Made by a program: the position numbers and the translations under genes. A model generated the notes under the pieces. That model made no database searches. It saw nothing but the letters and a program-made list of their open reading frames with translations, and was not told the origin of the DNA. 64,000 bases of DNA from the NCBI GenBank assembly GCA_033762715.1, contig JANRLL010000012.1:27113-91112 (forward strand), read 5' to 3'. Positions 46,342 to 56,501 of this stretch are shown here, piece by piece (the first letter of the stretch is position 1; each line of letters opens with the position of its first letter). The stretch is from Rickettsiales bacterium (lineage in GTDB: Bacteria; Pseudomonadota; Alphaproteobacteria; Rickettsiales; SXRF01).

Positions 46342-46908
46342 ATGCAAGACCAACATCATAATCCTAATCAATGGTATGGCACGACCATTCTCTGTGTGCG
46401 CAAGGGCGGGAAAACCGTGCTAGCGGGCGACGGACAGGTCACGCTGGGCCATACCGTTATTAAAGCAACCGCCAAGAAAGTCCGCACCCTCGCCGATGGC
46501 AGTATTATTGCAGGTTTCGCGGGTGCAACGGCTGATGCGTTTACCCTGTTTGAACGCCTCGAAGCCAAGCTCGAAAAGCACCCAGGCCAGCTCACTCGCG
46601 CTTGCGTGGAATTGGCCAAAGACTGGCGCACCGATCGCTATTTGCGCCGCCTAGAGGCGATGATGGCAGTGGCCGATGACAAAACGGCGTTGATTTTAAG
46701 CGGCACCGGCGATGTGTTGGAGCCGGAAGACGGCATTATCGGTATTGGCTCAGGCGGCATGTATGCGCTATCGGCCGCGCGTGCCTTATCCACCGTTGAG
46801 GGGTTGGATGCAGAAGAAATCGTGCGCCGGGCGATGAAAGTCGCTGCCGATATCTGTGTCTATACCAATAGCAACCTCACGATCGAAACTTTATCTAGCA
46901 GCTCCTAA
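46342..46908 (+). CDS. hslV: ATP-dependent protease subunit HslV
   Basis: It has [13 protein letters not shown] (catalytic Thr), GDGQVTLG and [15 protein letters not shown] chose the ATG at 46342 over the TTG at 46291. Confidence 0.95.
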   Translation: MQDQHHNPNQWYGTTILCVRKGGKTVLAGDGQVTLGHTVIKATAKKVRTLADGSIIAGFAGATADAFTLFERLEAKLEKHPGQLTRACVELAKDWRTDRYLRRLEAMMAVADDKTALILSGTGDVLEPEDGIIGIGSGGMYALSAARALSTVEGLDAEEIVRRAMKVAADICVYTNSNLTIETLSSSS

Positions 46909-46918
46909 TATTGCGCAT

Positions 46919-48241
46919 ATGAACAACCTATCCCCTTCCGATTTAACGCCTAAGGAAATCGTGGCCGAGCTCGACCGTTTCATTATCGGTCAATCGGATG
47001 CGAAGCGCTCGGTTGCATTGGCATTGCGTAACCGTTGGCGCCGCGCCAATGTGCCGGAAGCCATGCGCGAAGACATTATCCCTAAAAATATTTTGATGAT
47101 TGGACCCACCGGTGTGGGCAAAACGGAGATTGCTCGTCGCCTAGCAAAATTGGCGCAGGCACCGTTTTTGAAAATTGAAGCCACCAAATTCACCGAAGTG
47201 GGTTATGTCGGGCGCGATGTCGATTCAATCGTGCGCGATTTGGCAGAAGTTGCGATCAAAATGGTGCGCACCAATAAGCATAAAGAAGTACACGCCAAAG
47301 CCGTTGCTGCCACAGAAGAACGTCTGCTCAATGCGCTGGTGGGTGAAAGCGCTAGTCCCGATACACGCGCTAAATTCCGTGTAAAATTGCATGCGGGTGA
47401 GTTGGAAGATAAAGAGATCGATTTGGAAGTAGCCGATAATGGTTCGGCCGCATCCAGCTTCGATATTCCAGGTATGCCTGGCGGCCAGATTGGCATGATC
47501 AATATTGGCGATATGCTCGGCAAAGCGCTGGGTGGCCGCACGAAGACAAAACGCACTACGGTGAAAACCGGCCGTGAATTGGTGATGCAGGAAGAAAGTG
47601 AAAAGCTGCTCGATCAGGATACGGTGATTCAAGAAGCGATCCAAGCCGTCGAAAATAACGGCATCGTGTTTTTAGATGAGATCGACAAGATCGCGCGCAA
47701 CAGCGAATTACGCGGCGGCGATGTCAGCCGCGAAGGCGTGCAGCGTGATTTGCTGCCACTCATTGAAGGCACCACGGTTGCCACCAAATACGGCCCGATT
47801 AAAACCGACCATATTTTATTCATCGCATCGGGTGCGTTTCATATGGCCAAGCCGTCTGACCTGTTGCCGGAATTACAGGGGCGTCTGCCCATTCGTGTGG
47901 AGCTTAATGCGCTGAGCGAAGACGATATGGTGCGAATTCTAACCGAGCCGGAAACCAGCATGACCAAACAATATACGGCCTTGCTTGCCACCGAGCAGGT
48001 TGCGCTGCACTTTACCGATGATGGTATTGCTGCACTGGCTGAAATTGCAACCCGCATCAACCGCGAGGTGGAAAATATTGGTGCGCGGCGCCTGCATACC
48101 ATTATGGAAAAACTGTTGGAAAGCTTGAGCTTTGAAGCACCCGATAAACAAGGTTCTGCTATCACCATCGATACGGCCTATGTCAACGCACAGCTCGAAA
48201 AACTCGCGCAAAACACCGACCTCAGCAAATTCATTTTGTAA
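46919..48241 (+). CDS. hslU: ATP-dependent protease ATPase subunit HslU
   Basis: It has [42 protein letters not shown] and [26 protein letters not shown] chose the ATG at 46919. Confidence 0.95.
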   Translation: MNNLSPSDLTPKEIVAELDRFIIGQSDAKRSVALALRNRWRRANVPEAMREDIIPKNILMIGPTGVGKTEIARRLAKLAQAPFLKIEATKFTEVGYVGRDVDSIVRDLAEVAIKMVRTNKHKEVHAKAVAATEERLLNALVGESASPDTRAKFRVKLHAGELEDKEIDLEVADNGSAASSFDIPGMPGGQIGMINIGDMLGKALGGRTKTKRTTVKTGRELVMQEESEKLLDQDTVIQEAIQAVENNGIVFLDEIDKIARNSELRGGDVSREGVQRDLLPLIEGTTVATKYGPIKTDHILFIASGAFHMAKPSDLLPELQGRLPIRVELNALSEDDMVRILTEPETSMTKQYTALLATEQVALHFTDDGIAALAEIATRINREVENIGARRLHTIMEKLLESLSFEAPDKQGSAITIDTAYVNAQLEKLAQNTDLSKFIL

Positions 48242-48243
48242 GC

Positions 48244-49338
48244 CTAACCATCCTCTAAATGCAGCAACAACGCTGCACCCAACATGATGACAATGCAGGC
48301 CGGTGCCCAAGCGGCAAGCCAAATCGGCAGCGATCCAGATTCACCGAACGCATTGATGATGCGTGTGAAGAAATTCAGCAAGAAGCCGGTGATCATACCA
48401 GCCACAATCAGGATACCGATTTTACCGCGGCGTGGCAGGCGCAGTGAGAACACCGCGGCAACTAGCACCGTTCCCATCAGCAGAAAGGGTGATGCCAGCA
48501 AGGTCTGCCAATACAGCCTGTGTTTCATCGCCGAGAATCCGGCGCGTTCTAGCATCTCGATAAAGGCCGGTAGTGCCCAAAACGACATGGTCTCGGGTGA
48601 AGCAAAACTCTCTTGAATATTGCCCATGGTCAGCGTCGTTGGCAAATCTTGTTCATCAATAAATTCCGGCGGCTTTCCTGGCACCGAGCGCGTCACATTC
48701 GACAGTTTTAATCGGCCTGGTTCCAGCACTGCACGCTTCACATCCAAGCGCTCGGCGAATTTTTTGTGCCCATCAAACGTATAGATAATGACGTCATGAA
48801 ACGACATGTCCGACGGCGATACGTTGGGCGAATAAATAATATGCTCGCTGTCTTTTTCAATTTGCCGCAGCCACAATCCGGAAGATGAAATAGACAGCAA
48901 GCTGATGCGACCGCTGAAATAACGCGCCTCTACCTGTTCATGCCGAAGCAGTAAGACTGACGCGAACGGACCAAAGGCAATCGTCATAAACACACCGAAT
49001 GCCATCACCACGGCCATCGCTGGCGCTAGAAATTGCCACACCGATACGCCGGCCGAGCGAGTGACAATCAACTCATGCGTGCGCGTTAGGCGCGTCAGCG
49101 CCAGCATGCTGCCAATCAGCACCGCATAGGGCACGAATTTTTGAATCAAGGTGGGAAGCTTGAGTGCGGTCAGCTCTAAGATAATCGACATGGGAATCGT
49201 ATCACGGCCGGAAGCACGGCGCAGTAATTCGATCACGTCAATCAAGACCGCAAGCACCGCCAAACCAAATAAGGCAATCAAAATCGAAACCAGAAAATGC
49301 CGCGCGATATAGACCGATAAAATCCAGGGCAGTCTCAT
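48244..49338 (-). CDS. lptG: LPS export ABC transporter permease LptG
   Basis: 364 aa of the YjgP/YjgQ permease family. It is the second gene of a pair divergent from pepA-holC, as in E. coli. Confidence 0.85.
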   Translation of the reverse strand: MRLPWILSVYIARHFLVSILIALFGLAVLAVLIDVIELLRRASGRDTIPMSIILELTALKLPTLIQKFVPYAVLIGSMLALTRLTRTHELIVTRSAGVSVWQFLAPAMAVVMAFGVFMTIAFGPFASVLLLRHEQVEARYFSGRISLLSISSSGLWLRQIEKDSEHIIYSPNVSPSDMSFHDVIIYTFDGHKKFAERLDVKRAVLEPGRLKLSNVTRSVPGKPPEFIDEQDLPTTLTMGNIQESFASPETMSFWALPAFIEMLERAGFSAMKHRLYWQTLLASPFLLMGTVLVAAVFSLRLPRRGKIGILIVAGMITGFLLNFFTRIINAFGESGSLPIWLAAWAPACIVIMLGAALLLHLEDG

Positions 49339-50444
49339 GAGGATGCTCCGGAAGTGGATTTTATTTTCCGAACACGGCTATGATCGGAGAGCACCCAGCA
49401 CGCCGCCCACATCGGCAGCAACAAGTTCAGATACGCCACCACCACCGCATGATCGTAGATCGCAACAAACCCACGTAGCCCCACCGAACTAAATAGCAGC
49501 ACCGTGGCGCATACCACGGCAAAGGCAATACGCTGCCATTGCCCACGACGGCTGAACTGGCCCGAAAGCACCACGGCCAGCGCAATCAAGCCTAAACAAA
49601 ACACATAGGCCGGCCATAATAATCGCTGATGCCCTTCAGCGACGCGCTTTTTATTTTCACTCTCGGTCAGATTCGGGTCATTGGTAAATAGCTGATCGAT
49701 ATAGAGCTCTTGCGGATCAGGGATGCGTTCGCGCATCGACTTGGTATAGAGGCTGATATCGAGCGCATAATGCTCAAAATTAAGCAGTGATAATTTGCCC
49801 TTGCTCATCTCTTGGCGATTGCCGTTTTTCAGCAAAAAACGCGGACCTTTCGGCGTTTCAACCAGCTTGCCTTCTTCGGCCATCATGGTCACCGATGCGT
49901 TGGCCTGCCTACTGTCATGCACCAAAATGCCATGGAGAATATTGTCGCTATCGCGCTCGCGAATAAAAACCGTCAACCCATCCACCGGATTGCTAAAGAC
50001 GCCTTCTTCAAGAAAAATGGAGGCGTAGTTATTGCGCAAGAAATATTGCATTTCCTTGAATTGGCGGTAGCTCGCCGGCAATAAATAAATCGCAATCAGA
50101 TAGGCAAGAATCGTGACCATCATCGCCACCTGAATGGCAGGCCGCGCCAAACGCCAATTACTTAAGCCCGCCCCTTGCAGCACCACCAATTCGCTATCGC
50201 CCTTGAGCTTGTGGTAAACAAAGAGCACCGAACAGAAAAAAGCCGGTGGTAAAATCATAAATAGCAGCGAGGGAACCAACAAGGCGGTTAGTTTCAAAAA
50301 GATAGCAACCGACACACCTTGGTTGACAATAAAGTCAATAAATCTCAGCGCTTGCGTCAGCCAGATGATACTGGTAAGGCTGAACGTAATCAGCAACGTT
50401 GAATGGACAAGATGTCGCGCGATATAGCTGTTATAACGATACAT
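49335..50444 (-). CDS. lptF: LPS export ABC transporter permease LptF
   Basis: 369 aa of the YjgP/YjgQ family. It is the first gene of the pair, with a 4-nt overlap with lptG. Confidence 0.85.
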   Translation of the reverse strand: MYRYNSYIARHLVHSTLLITFSLTSIIWLTQALRFIDFIVNQGVSVAIFLKLTALLVPSLLFMILPPAFFCSVLFVYHKLKGDSELVVLQGAGLSNWRLARPAIQVAMMVTILAYLIAIYLLPASYRQFKEMQYFLRNNYASIFLEEGVFSNPVDGLTVFIRERDSDNILHGILVHDSRQANASVTMMAEEGKLVETPKGPRFLLKNGNRQEMSKGKLSLLNFEHYALDISLYTKSMRERIPDPQELYIDQLFTNDPNLTESENKKRVAEGHQRLLWPAYVFCLGLIALAVVLSGQFSRRGQWQRIAFAVVCATVLLFSSVGLRGFVAIYDHAVVVAYLNLLLPMWAACWVLSDHSRVRKIKSTSGASS

Positions 50445-50488
50445 AGTTTTGTGTTTAGCCTGAAAGCAATATAAAAGGAAGTCCCCTC

Positions 50489-51985
50489 ATGAAAATCCAT
50501 TTTTCTGAACTTTCCAAAGCCCTGCCTGCCGATAAATTAATTATTATACCGGTGGGTGACGATAAAAAGCTGCCTGCCAGCGCGGCGGCCCTTAATAAGG
50601 CAGCCGGTGGCGCCTTGCAAAAAGCGCTCTCCACAGGGAAATTTTCAGGCAAAGCTGGACAATATATCACCATCATCGCTCCCGAAGGCTTAAAAGCCGA
50701 GCGCGTGATCTTAGCGGGCTATGGCAAGGCCTCTGCTCTTGATCAAAAGGCACTGGAAAATTTAGGCGGCGGCACCATTGCGCATATTCATGCAGCCGGT
50801 GCAACCTCTGCTACATTCATTTGGGACGGCGTCAAAGGCACACCGAAAGAAGCAGCCGCTTATATCGCCCACGGCGCGCATCTGCGCAGCTATCACTTCC
50901 ATAAATATTTTACCAAACTCACCGCCGATGAAAAATTCCTGGTTGCGAATTTTACCGTGGCAACGACCGGCAGCAAAGCAGCGGCGGCCTCGTATGCATC
51001 GCTTGAGAAGTTGGCAGACGGTATTTTCTTCACGCGCGATGTGGTCAATGAACCAGCGAATGTGATTTACCCCGAAACCTTAGCCGCGCGTGCGCAAGAG
51101 CTCAAAAAGCTTGGCGTCGAAGTGCAAGTGCTCGGTGAAGCTGAGATGAAAAAACTCGGCATGGGCGCGCTACTGGGTGTGGGTCAAGGATCCGAGCGTG
51201 AATCAAAATTAGTAGTGCTGCGTTGGAACGGATTGGGCAAAGCCTCGAAAGAAGCGCCGATTGCATTTGTGGGCAAAGGCGTGACGTTTGACACGGGCGG
51301 CATCAGCATCAAGCCGGCAGCTGGCATGGAAGAAATGAAATGGGATATGGGCGGCGCTGGCGTGGTGATTGGCTTGATGAAAGCCCTCGCCGGCCGTAAA
51401 GCCAAAGTGAATGTGGTCGGTGTTGCCGGCCTGGTGGAAAATATGCCCGATGGCAATGCGCAGCGCCCTGGCGACGTGGTGACTTCGATGTCGGGACAAA
51501 CTATCGAAGTGCTTAACACCGATGCGGAAGGTCGTTTGGTACTCGCGGATGCGCTATGGTACACCAAAGAAAAATTCAAACCCAAATTCATGATCAACCT
51601 GGCAACACTGACGGGTGCAATTATTGTGGCACTCGGCACCTCGCGCGCAGGTCTGTTCTCCAATAATGACAAGTTAGCCGACCAGCTGTTTAAAACCGGC
51701 GAGAAAACTGGTGAAGAGCTATGGCGCCTGCCGCTAGCGGATGTGTACGACAAACAAATCAACTCAGACATTGCCGACATGCAAAATATTGGCAAAGACC
51801 GCGAAGCCGGTTCGATCACCGCTGCGCAATTCCTGCAGCGCTTTGTGGGCAATGTGCCGTGGGCGCATTTGGATATTGCGGGTGTTGCCTGGAGCAAACG
51901 TGATTCGGCGATTGCTGCCAAAGGCGCTACGGCATTTGGCGTGCGTCTACTCAATAAATTGGTGGAAGATTTCTACGAGAAATGA
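50489..51985 (+). CDS. pepA: Leucyl aminopeptidase (M17)
   Basis: 498 aa with VGKGVTFDTGGISIKP, NTDAEGRLVLADAL and ATLTGA. Confidence 0.95.
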   Translation: MKIHFSELSKALPADKLIIIPVGDDKKLPASAAALNKAAGGALQKALSTGKFSGKAGQYITIIAPEGLKAERVILAGYGKASALDQKALENLGGGTIAHIHAAGATSATFIWDGVKGTPKEAAAYIAHGAHLRSYHFHKYFTKLTADEKFLVANFTVATTGSKAAAASYASLEKLADGIFFTRDVVNEPANVIYPETLAARAQELKKLGVEVQVLGEAEMKKLGMGALLGVGQGSERESKLVVLRWNGLGKASKEAPIAFVGKGVTFDTGGISIKPAAGMEEMKWDMGGAGVVIGLMKALAGRKAKVNVVGVAGLVENMPDGNAQRPGDVVTSMSGQTIEVLNTDAEGRLVLADALWYTKEKFKPKFMINLATLTGAIIVALGTSRAGLFSNNDKLADQLFKTGEKTGEELWRLPLADVYDKQINSDIADMQNIGKDREAGSITAAQFLQRFVGNVPWAHLDIAGVAWSKRDSAIAAKGATAFGVRLLNKLVEDFYEK

Positions 51986-52437
51986 CCGCCATCCAGTTTT
52001 ATCACCTAACCACCACATCGCTGGAACGGGCGCTGCCGAAGCTGCTGGAAAAAGCCTATAGCGTTGGTATGAAAACCTTGGTCGTCACTGCCTCTGAAGA
52101 GCAAATGGAATCGCTCAACCAATGGCTGTGGACCTATAATCCCGGTAATTTCTTGCCACATGGTAGTGTCAAGGAAGCCCATCAGGCGCAGCAACCTATT
52201 TTGCTTTCCACCAGCGCCGATAATCAAAACCAGGCGACCTTGCTGGTCGTCACCGATGGCAGCATGCCGGATGCGCCTGAGCAATTTGAGCGGGTGTTTG
52301 ATTTGTTTAATGGCAGCGACCCGCAAGCGGTCGAAGCTGCACGCAGGCGTTGGTCGCATTATAAAACGGCCGGCCACGAACTTACCTATATGCGCCAAAC
52401 GCCTCAGGGGTCTTGGGAAAATAAAACCGGCGCTTAA
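51982..52437 (+). CDS. holC: DNA polymerase III chi subunit
   Basis: 151 aa with an FYHL start and LLEKAY.G....V pattern. It occupies the conserved position after pepA, with an ATGA overlap. Confidence 0.85.
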   Translation: MTAIQFYHLTTTSLERALPKLLEKAYSVGMKTLVVTASEEQMESLNQWLWTYNPGNFLPHGSVKEAHQAQQPILLSTSADNQNQATLLVVTDGSMPDAPEQFERVFDLFNGSDPQAVEAARRRWSHYKTAGHELTYMRQTPQGSWENKTGA

Positions 52438-52551
52438 TAAGCCATCCACTTGATTTTTCTTGCTAATTATTTTCCGCCTTCCTGGTATTCGCGATTGCTT
52501 CTAGGCTAAATTGCTGTAAAATAGTTAAAAATAGTTAGCGATTGGTGTTAG

Positions 52552-53859
52552 ATGGCTGATTCCTTGGAAAATTCCAATAAGACACATATTGATGATCTGG
52601 TAAAACAGGTCATTGCCATTGCCGATCAAGATGGCACACGCTCCGAAAAAATTCCTCAAATCGAAACATTAGTGAATAGCTTCATAGCCGGCGAAGGACA
52701 AGACCAACCTCCCGCTGAAGCCGATCTCAAACAACTCAAACAAGCATTACTTACAGCACAGATTTCACTGCGCGTGGTGCCACAATCCTATGTGAATCAA
52801 GCCTTCACGGTGGTAAATCAAAAAATTCGCGGTATCGACCAGGAGAAAAAGGAAGCGCATCGCGCTACGCATGTTGGCCGCATTGGATTTAAAAAACCGG
52901 CGGATCCTCAGACGGAACCGCTGGTGGGCGAACCAAGCAGTACTATCACGGGCCGCTCCGCCGATGCTCTGCCTAAACTACCGCTGGGATTTGCCAATTC
53001 CGTGGTGGAAATGTCGAAGGCTTTATTCGAAGCGTTGCCGGAAGCCGTACAACGTTACATTCATGGCCTGGCTGATGAAAACCGGGAGCTGAAAGCAGAA
53101 AACGAGCTACTCAGAAAATCCTCAGTCACCGACAATCTAACCGGTCTGCCAAACCGAAAAGCATTTGAAAATAAGGCGACTAAAGTCATCGAATTTATGC
53201 GCACCGACGGCACCCATGAGCGCCGCCGCCGTGACGGCTCTTCGACTGGACAACTGGAAAAACCTCAATCATGCTTATTGTTCATCGATTGCGATAAATT
53301 CAAGCTCATCAATGATAACTTTGGCTTTACCGGTGGCGATGCGGTGTTGCGTCACATAGCAAAAACCTTGCGCGGTCATTTGCGCGACCGAGATTTTCTG
53401 GCACGTTTAGGTGGCGATGAATTTGTCGTCGTGCTCGAAGGGCAAGATGCCTCCGAAGCGCAAAGGGTGATAGAGAAATTGCAGGACGCCATCACGCATA
53501 GCCCATGCAATTACCAAGGCACCGATATTCCTTTATCCATTTCTTGCGGTGTGTATGAAGTAACGCCGGATATTGTCAGAGGCCTTGATAAGGCAAACTC
53601 TGAGATTATTGAACACGCCATTGAGCAAAGCGATGCCGCAAAAACCAAAAACAAAGATCGCCTCATTTCGCATAATGGACAGGAAGCCAAAGCCTCAACG
53701 GTTTATATCGAAAAGCTCCAAGAGACGCTTGCGGCCATCTCGCCTGACAAGAAAATCCGCATGAGCCGTGAGGATACCCCCAAACTCACCCCGCAAAGTT
53801 TGCACGCCATTGTGACCGGTCCGGATGGCACCCCCGCGGTTGAGTACCCCATACGATAG
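52552..53859 (+). CDS. GGDEF-domain diguanylate cyclase with an uncharacterised ~190-aa N-terminal region
   Basis: It has DNLTGLPNRKAFE, DCDKFKLINDNFGFTGGD and the active site RLGGDEFVVVL. A coiled-coil segment (ENRELKAENELLRK) precedes the GGDEF domain. Confidence 0.85.
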   Translation: MADSLENSNKTHIDDLVKQVIAIADQDGTRSEKIPQIETLVNSFIAGEGQDQPPAEADLKQLKQALLTAQISLRVVPQSYVNQAFTVVNQKIRGIDQEKKEAHRATHVGRIGFKKPADPQTEPLVGEPSSTITGRSADALPKLPLGFANSVVEMSKALFEALPEAVQRYIHGLADENRELKAENELLRKSSVTDNLTGLPNRKAFENKATKVIEFMRTDGTHERRRRDGSSTGQLEKPQSCLLFIDCDKFKLINDNFGFTGGDAVLRHIAKTLRGHLRDRDFLARLGGDEFVVVLEGQDASEAQRVIEKLQDAITHSPCNYQGTDIPLSISCGVYEVTPDIVRGLDKANSEIIEHAIEQSDAAKTKNKDRLISHNGQEAKASTVYIEKLQETLAAISPDKKIRMSREDTPKLTPQSLHAIVTGPDGTPAVEYPIR

Positions 53860-53896
53860 AGATGGCCTGGATGCGTTGGGTGTGCGGAACCCCGTT

Positions 53897-54589
53897 ATGA
53901 AGAGCATATTCTTTCTGGCAGCACGCCAATTGCAAGATTGGCAGCAACAAGGATATAAGCGCGCCGATATCGAACGCGCCTTAGCCGCCCACACGGAGAA
54001 TGCCTCACCCACCGCGCCACTGCCTGCCGATTACCTGCGACAGGTTGACGGGCTTCATAACGAATTTAATGTCATCTATTATTCCAACCGCGCGCCGCGC
54101 CATATGCTCGATGCGGATTTGGAATTGCCGGATGACAATCGGTCAGGCACACCGGTACCGGAAACGCGCGCGCAGGCCGAACGCAATATGCGCTGGGGGG
54201 CAATGGCCTTGATTGCCGAGATTTACCACGGCGCATCAGGAACAGAACACGAGGCCCCCTTCAACATATTGCAGCAGCGCCTGGATGCCCTTTATACATT
54301 GTGCTTCCCCAAAAACAGCCTGGAGTGGAAAACCCTGCTATCCGGCCTACAGCGCAAAGGATGGTCGCGCACCTTGCGCAGCCCCCAAGACGCAGGCACA
54401 GTCACGCGGGTAATGAACGACATCCTGTTTCCTGCCTATGGGTGTGAGCCGGGCATCCAACTGCGTTTGGCACAAGACAACCCGTGCCAACTCCTTGCCA
54501 AGGATAGTGCAGACTTTGCCCTGAATGACGTCATCCGCGTGGAGGAGTCTAGGCGCCATCGCGACACCCATGGGACCGGCCGGGCATAG
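53897..54589 (+). CDS. Hypothetical protein
   Basis: 230 aa from the ATG at 53897. The ORF-track start at 53825 overlaps the GGDEF gene. I recognise no motif, and coding status rests on ORF length and codon-like composition only. Confidence 0.4.
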   Translation: MKSIFFLAARQLQDWQQQGYKRADIERALAAHTENASPTAPLPADYLRQVDGLHNEFNVIYYSNRAPRHMLDADLELPDDNRSGTPVPETRAQAERNMRWGAMALIAEIYHGASGTEHEAPFNILQQRLDALYTLCFPKNSLEWKTLLSGLQRKGWSRTLRSPQDAGTVTRVMNDILFPAYGCEPGIQLRLAQDNPCQLLAKDSADFALNDVIRVEESRRHRDTHGTGRA

Positions 54590-54651
54590 AAAAAGCAAGG
54601 CGTATCGTAAAAAGCCATTGCACAAAGCGCCGCTCAGGGTAAAAACGCTGC

Positions 54652-56235
54652 ATGTCAAACGCCTCCCCCATCACCCTGCGCCGCACCTTTGCGATCATCT
54701 CGCATCCTGACGCCGGTAAAACGACGCTGACTGAAAAGCTGTTGCTCTTCGGTGGCGCGATTCATTTGGCAGGCGCGGTCAAAGCCAAGAAGGGCGGCCA
54801 ATCCGCACGCTCCGATTGGATGGCGATCGAAAAGCAGCGCGGCATTTCAGTGACGGCATCGGTGATGACGTTCGAGTATGAAAATCATACCATCAACCTG
54901 CTTGACACCCCCGGCCATAAAGACTTTTCCGAAGACACCTACCGCACGCTTACGGCTGTAGACTCCGCCGTGATGGTGCTCGACGGCGCGAAAGGTATCG
55001 AGGAGCAAACCCTCAAGCTGTTCGAGGTGTGCCGCCTGCGCGATACGCCGATCATCACCTTCATCAACAAGATGGACCGCGAGGCCAAAGAACCGTTTGC
55101 GCTGCTCGATGAAATCGAAAAAACGCTGCAGCTCGATGTCTGCCCAATCACCTGGCCGATCGGCATGGGTGAACGCTTCCGCGGCTGCTACAACCTGGCC
55201 ACCGATACGCTCTATCTCTTCGACTCGGCAGCCGGTGACATCATTGCCAGCGGCCAGCAATTTGCCGGTACCGATGATCCCGCGCTCGATGAACGTATTC
55301 CCGCAGCCGAGCTTGCCACCTTCCGCGAAGAAGTGGCCATGGTCAAAGAAATCTACCCGCGCTTTAATGCCGAGCATTACCGCGAAGGCCACCTCACCCC
55401 TATTTTCTTCGGCAGCGCCGTCAATAACTTCGGCGTGCGCGAATTGTTGGAAGCGCTGTGCAGCATGGCGCCTGCCCCCCGTATCCAAGCAGCCGAGCCC
55501 CGCACCATCGCGCCGGAAGAGCCGAAATTCACCGGCTTCGTGTTCAAGATCCAAGCCAACATGGACAAAAACCACCGCGACCGTATTGCGTTTGTGCGCA
55601 TCTGCTCGGGCAAATACACACGCGGCATGAAAGTGCTGCATGTGCGCTCGGGCAAAACACTGGCGCTCAACAACCCCGTGCTCTTTTTGGCGCGTGAACG
55701 CGAACTCGCCGAAGAAGCCTGGCCAGGCGATATTATCGGCATTCCAGGCCACGGGCATTTGCATATCGGCGATGCGCTGACCGAAGGCGAGAAACTCTAC
55801 TTCACTGGCATTCCTAATTTCGCGCCGGAATTGTTTCAACGCGTACGTTTGGAAGACCCGCTCAAATCCAAGCAGCTCAAAGCCGCACTCGAACAACTCT
55901 CGGAAGAAGGCGCTTCGCAAATCTTCAAACCGCTCGATGGCTCATCCTGGATCATCGGCGTCGTCGGCGCACTGCAGTTTGATGTGATCGCCTCGCGCCT
56001 CGCCTCTGAATATGCCGTCAAAGGCAGCTTCGAAGCCGTGCAATACACCACCGCACGCTGGCTTAAAGCCAAAGATAGCGCTGCCTTGAAACAATTCTGC
56101 GACAAGAATAAATACAACACCGCCGAAGATGCCTCCGGCGCGCTCGCTTACCTTGCACCCAATGCCTGGCATTTAGAACGCATCCAGAAAGATTTTCCGG
56201 ATATTGAGTTTTTAAAGACGCGCGAGAATCAGTAA
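54652..56235 (+). CDS. prfC: Peptide chain release factor 3
   Basis: 527 aa with RRTFAIISHPDAGKTTLTEKLLLFGG, DTPGHKDF and NKMDRE GTPase motifs. It is colinear with RF3. Confidence 0.95.
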   Translation: MSNASPITLRRTFAIISHPDAGKTTLTEKLLLFGGAIHLAGAVKAKKGGQSARSDWMAIEKQRGISVTASVMTFEYENHTINLLDTPGHKDFSEDTYRTLTAVDSAVMVLDGAKGIEEQTLKLFEVCRLRDTPIITFINKMDREAKEPFALLDEIEKTLQLDVCPITWPIGMGERFRGCYNLATDTLYLFDSAAGDIIASGQQFAGTDDPALDERIPAAELATFREEVAMVKEIYPRFNAEHYREGHLTPIFFGSAVNNFGVRELLEALCSMAPAPRIQAAEPRTIAPEEPKFTGFVFKIQANMDKNHRDRIAFVRICSGKYTRGMKVLHVRSGKTLALNNPVLFLARERELAEEAWPGDIIGIPGHGHLHIGDALTEGEKLYFTGIPNFAPELFQRVRLEDPLKSKQLKAALEQLSEEGASQIFKPLDGSSWIIGVVGALQFDVIASRLASEYAVKGSFEAVQYTTARWLKAKDSAALKQFCDKNKYNTAEDASGALAYLAPNAWHLERIQKDFPDIEFLKTRENQ

Positions 56236-56501
56236 TCACCCCATTTCTGCCCACTTCACACCCGCTTCAATCCTCTTTCCACCCCACTTCGTTCCGCTTG
56301 CACCCCGCTTGGCACCTTTTGGAATGCGGCTATTTCAAATACCTACCCAGAAAATGCCCGTTTTTTCTCCTTTTATGTGACATTGCGTGCGCCCTCATCC
56401 TTATATGCTAACGCGCCTGCTCCTGTCCGGTAAGAGGGTTTTTCCCCTTCCCTGCCAACACGCTTCATGATGCCATAGGAATATGTTTCAAGGAGTATTC
56501 T

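Noticed and set aside
48239-48246. Convergent stop codons of hslU and lptG only 2 nt apart. Similarly, the SGNH-like gene and msrA share overlapping stops in CTAA at 31877-31880. These were considered as signs of mis-annotation.
   Set aside because: All four genes are full length with clear family motifs. Tail-to-tail packing without room for terminators appears to be a genuine property of this compact genome.
54847-55920. A 357-aa ORF on the minus strand, antisense to prfC.
   Set aside because: The plus strand encodes a full-length RF3 with all GTPase motifs. The antisense product is low-complexity (R/A/G/F-rich), as expected of a shadow ORF in GC-rich coding sequence.
53860-56235. An apparent GC increase across the hypothetical gene and prfC, considered as a horizontally acquired block.
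   Set aside because: Hand counts of prfC lines give about 58 percent GC. Sampled lines of putA (about 58 percent) and hisF (about 62 percent) are similar. So this looks like the normal composition of core genes, and it is the accessory genes that are lower. A proper sliding-window calculation is needed.
56390-56445. A long-range CCCTC...GAGGG pairing followed by TTTTT, considered as a terminator or sRNA 3' end upstream of the holin gene.
   Set aside because: The stem is only 5 bp and encloses about 35 nt with no supporting inner pairing. That is too weak to call.
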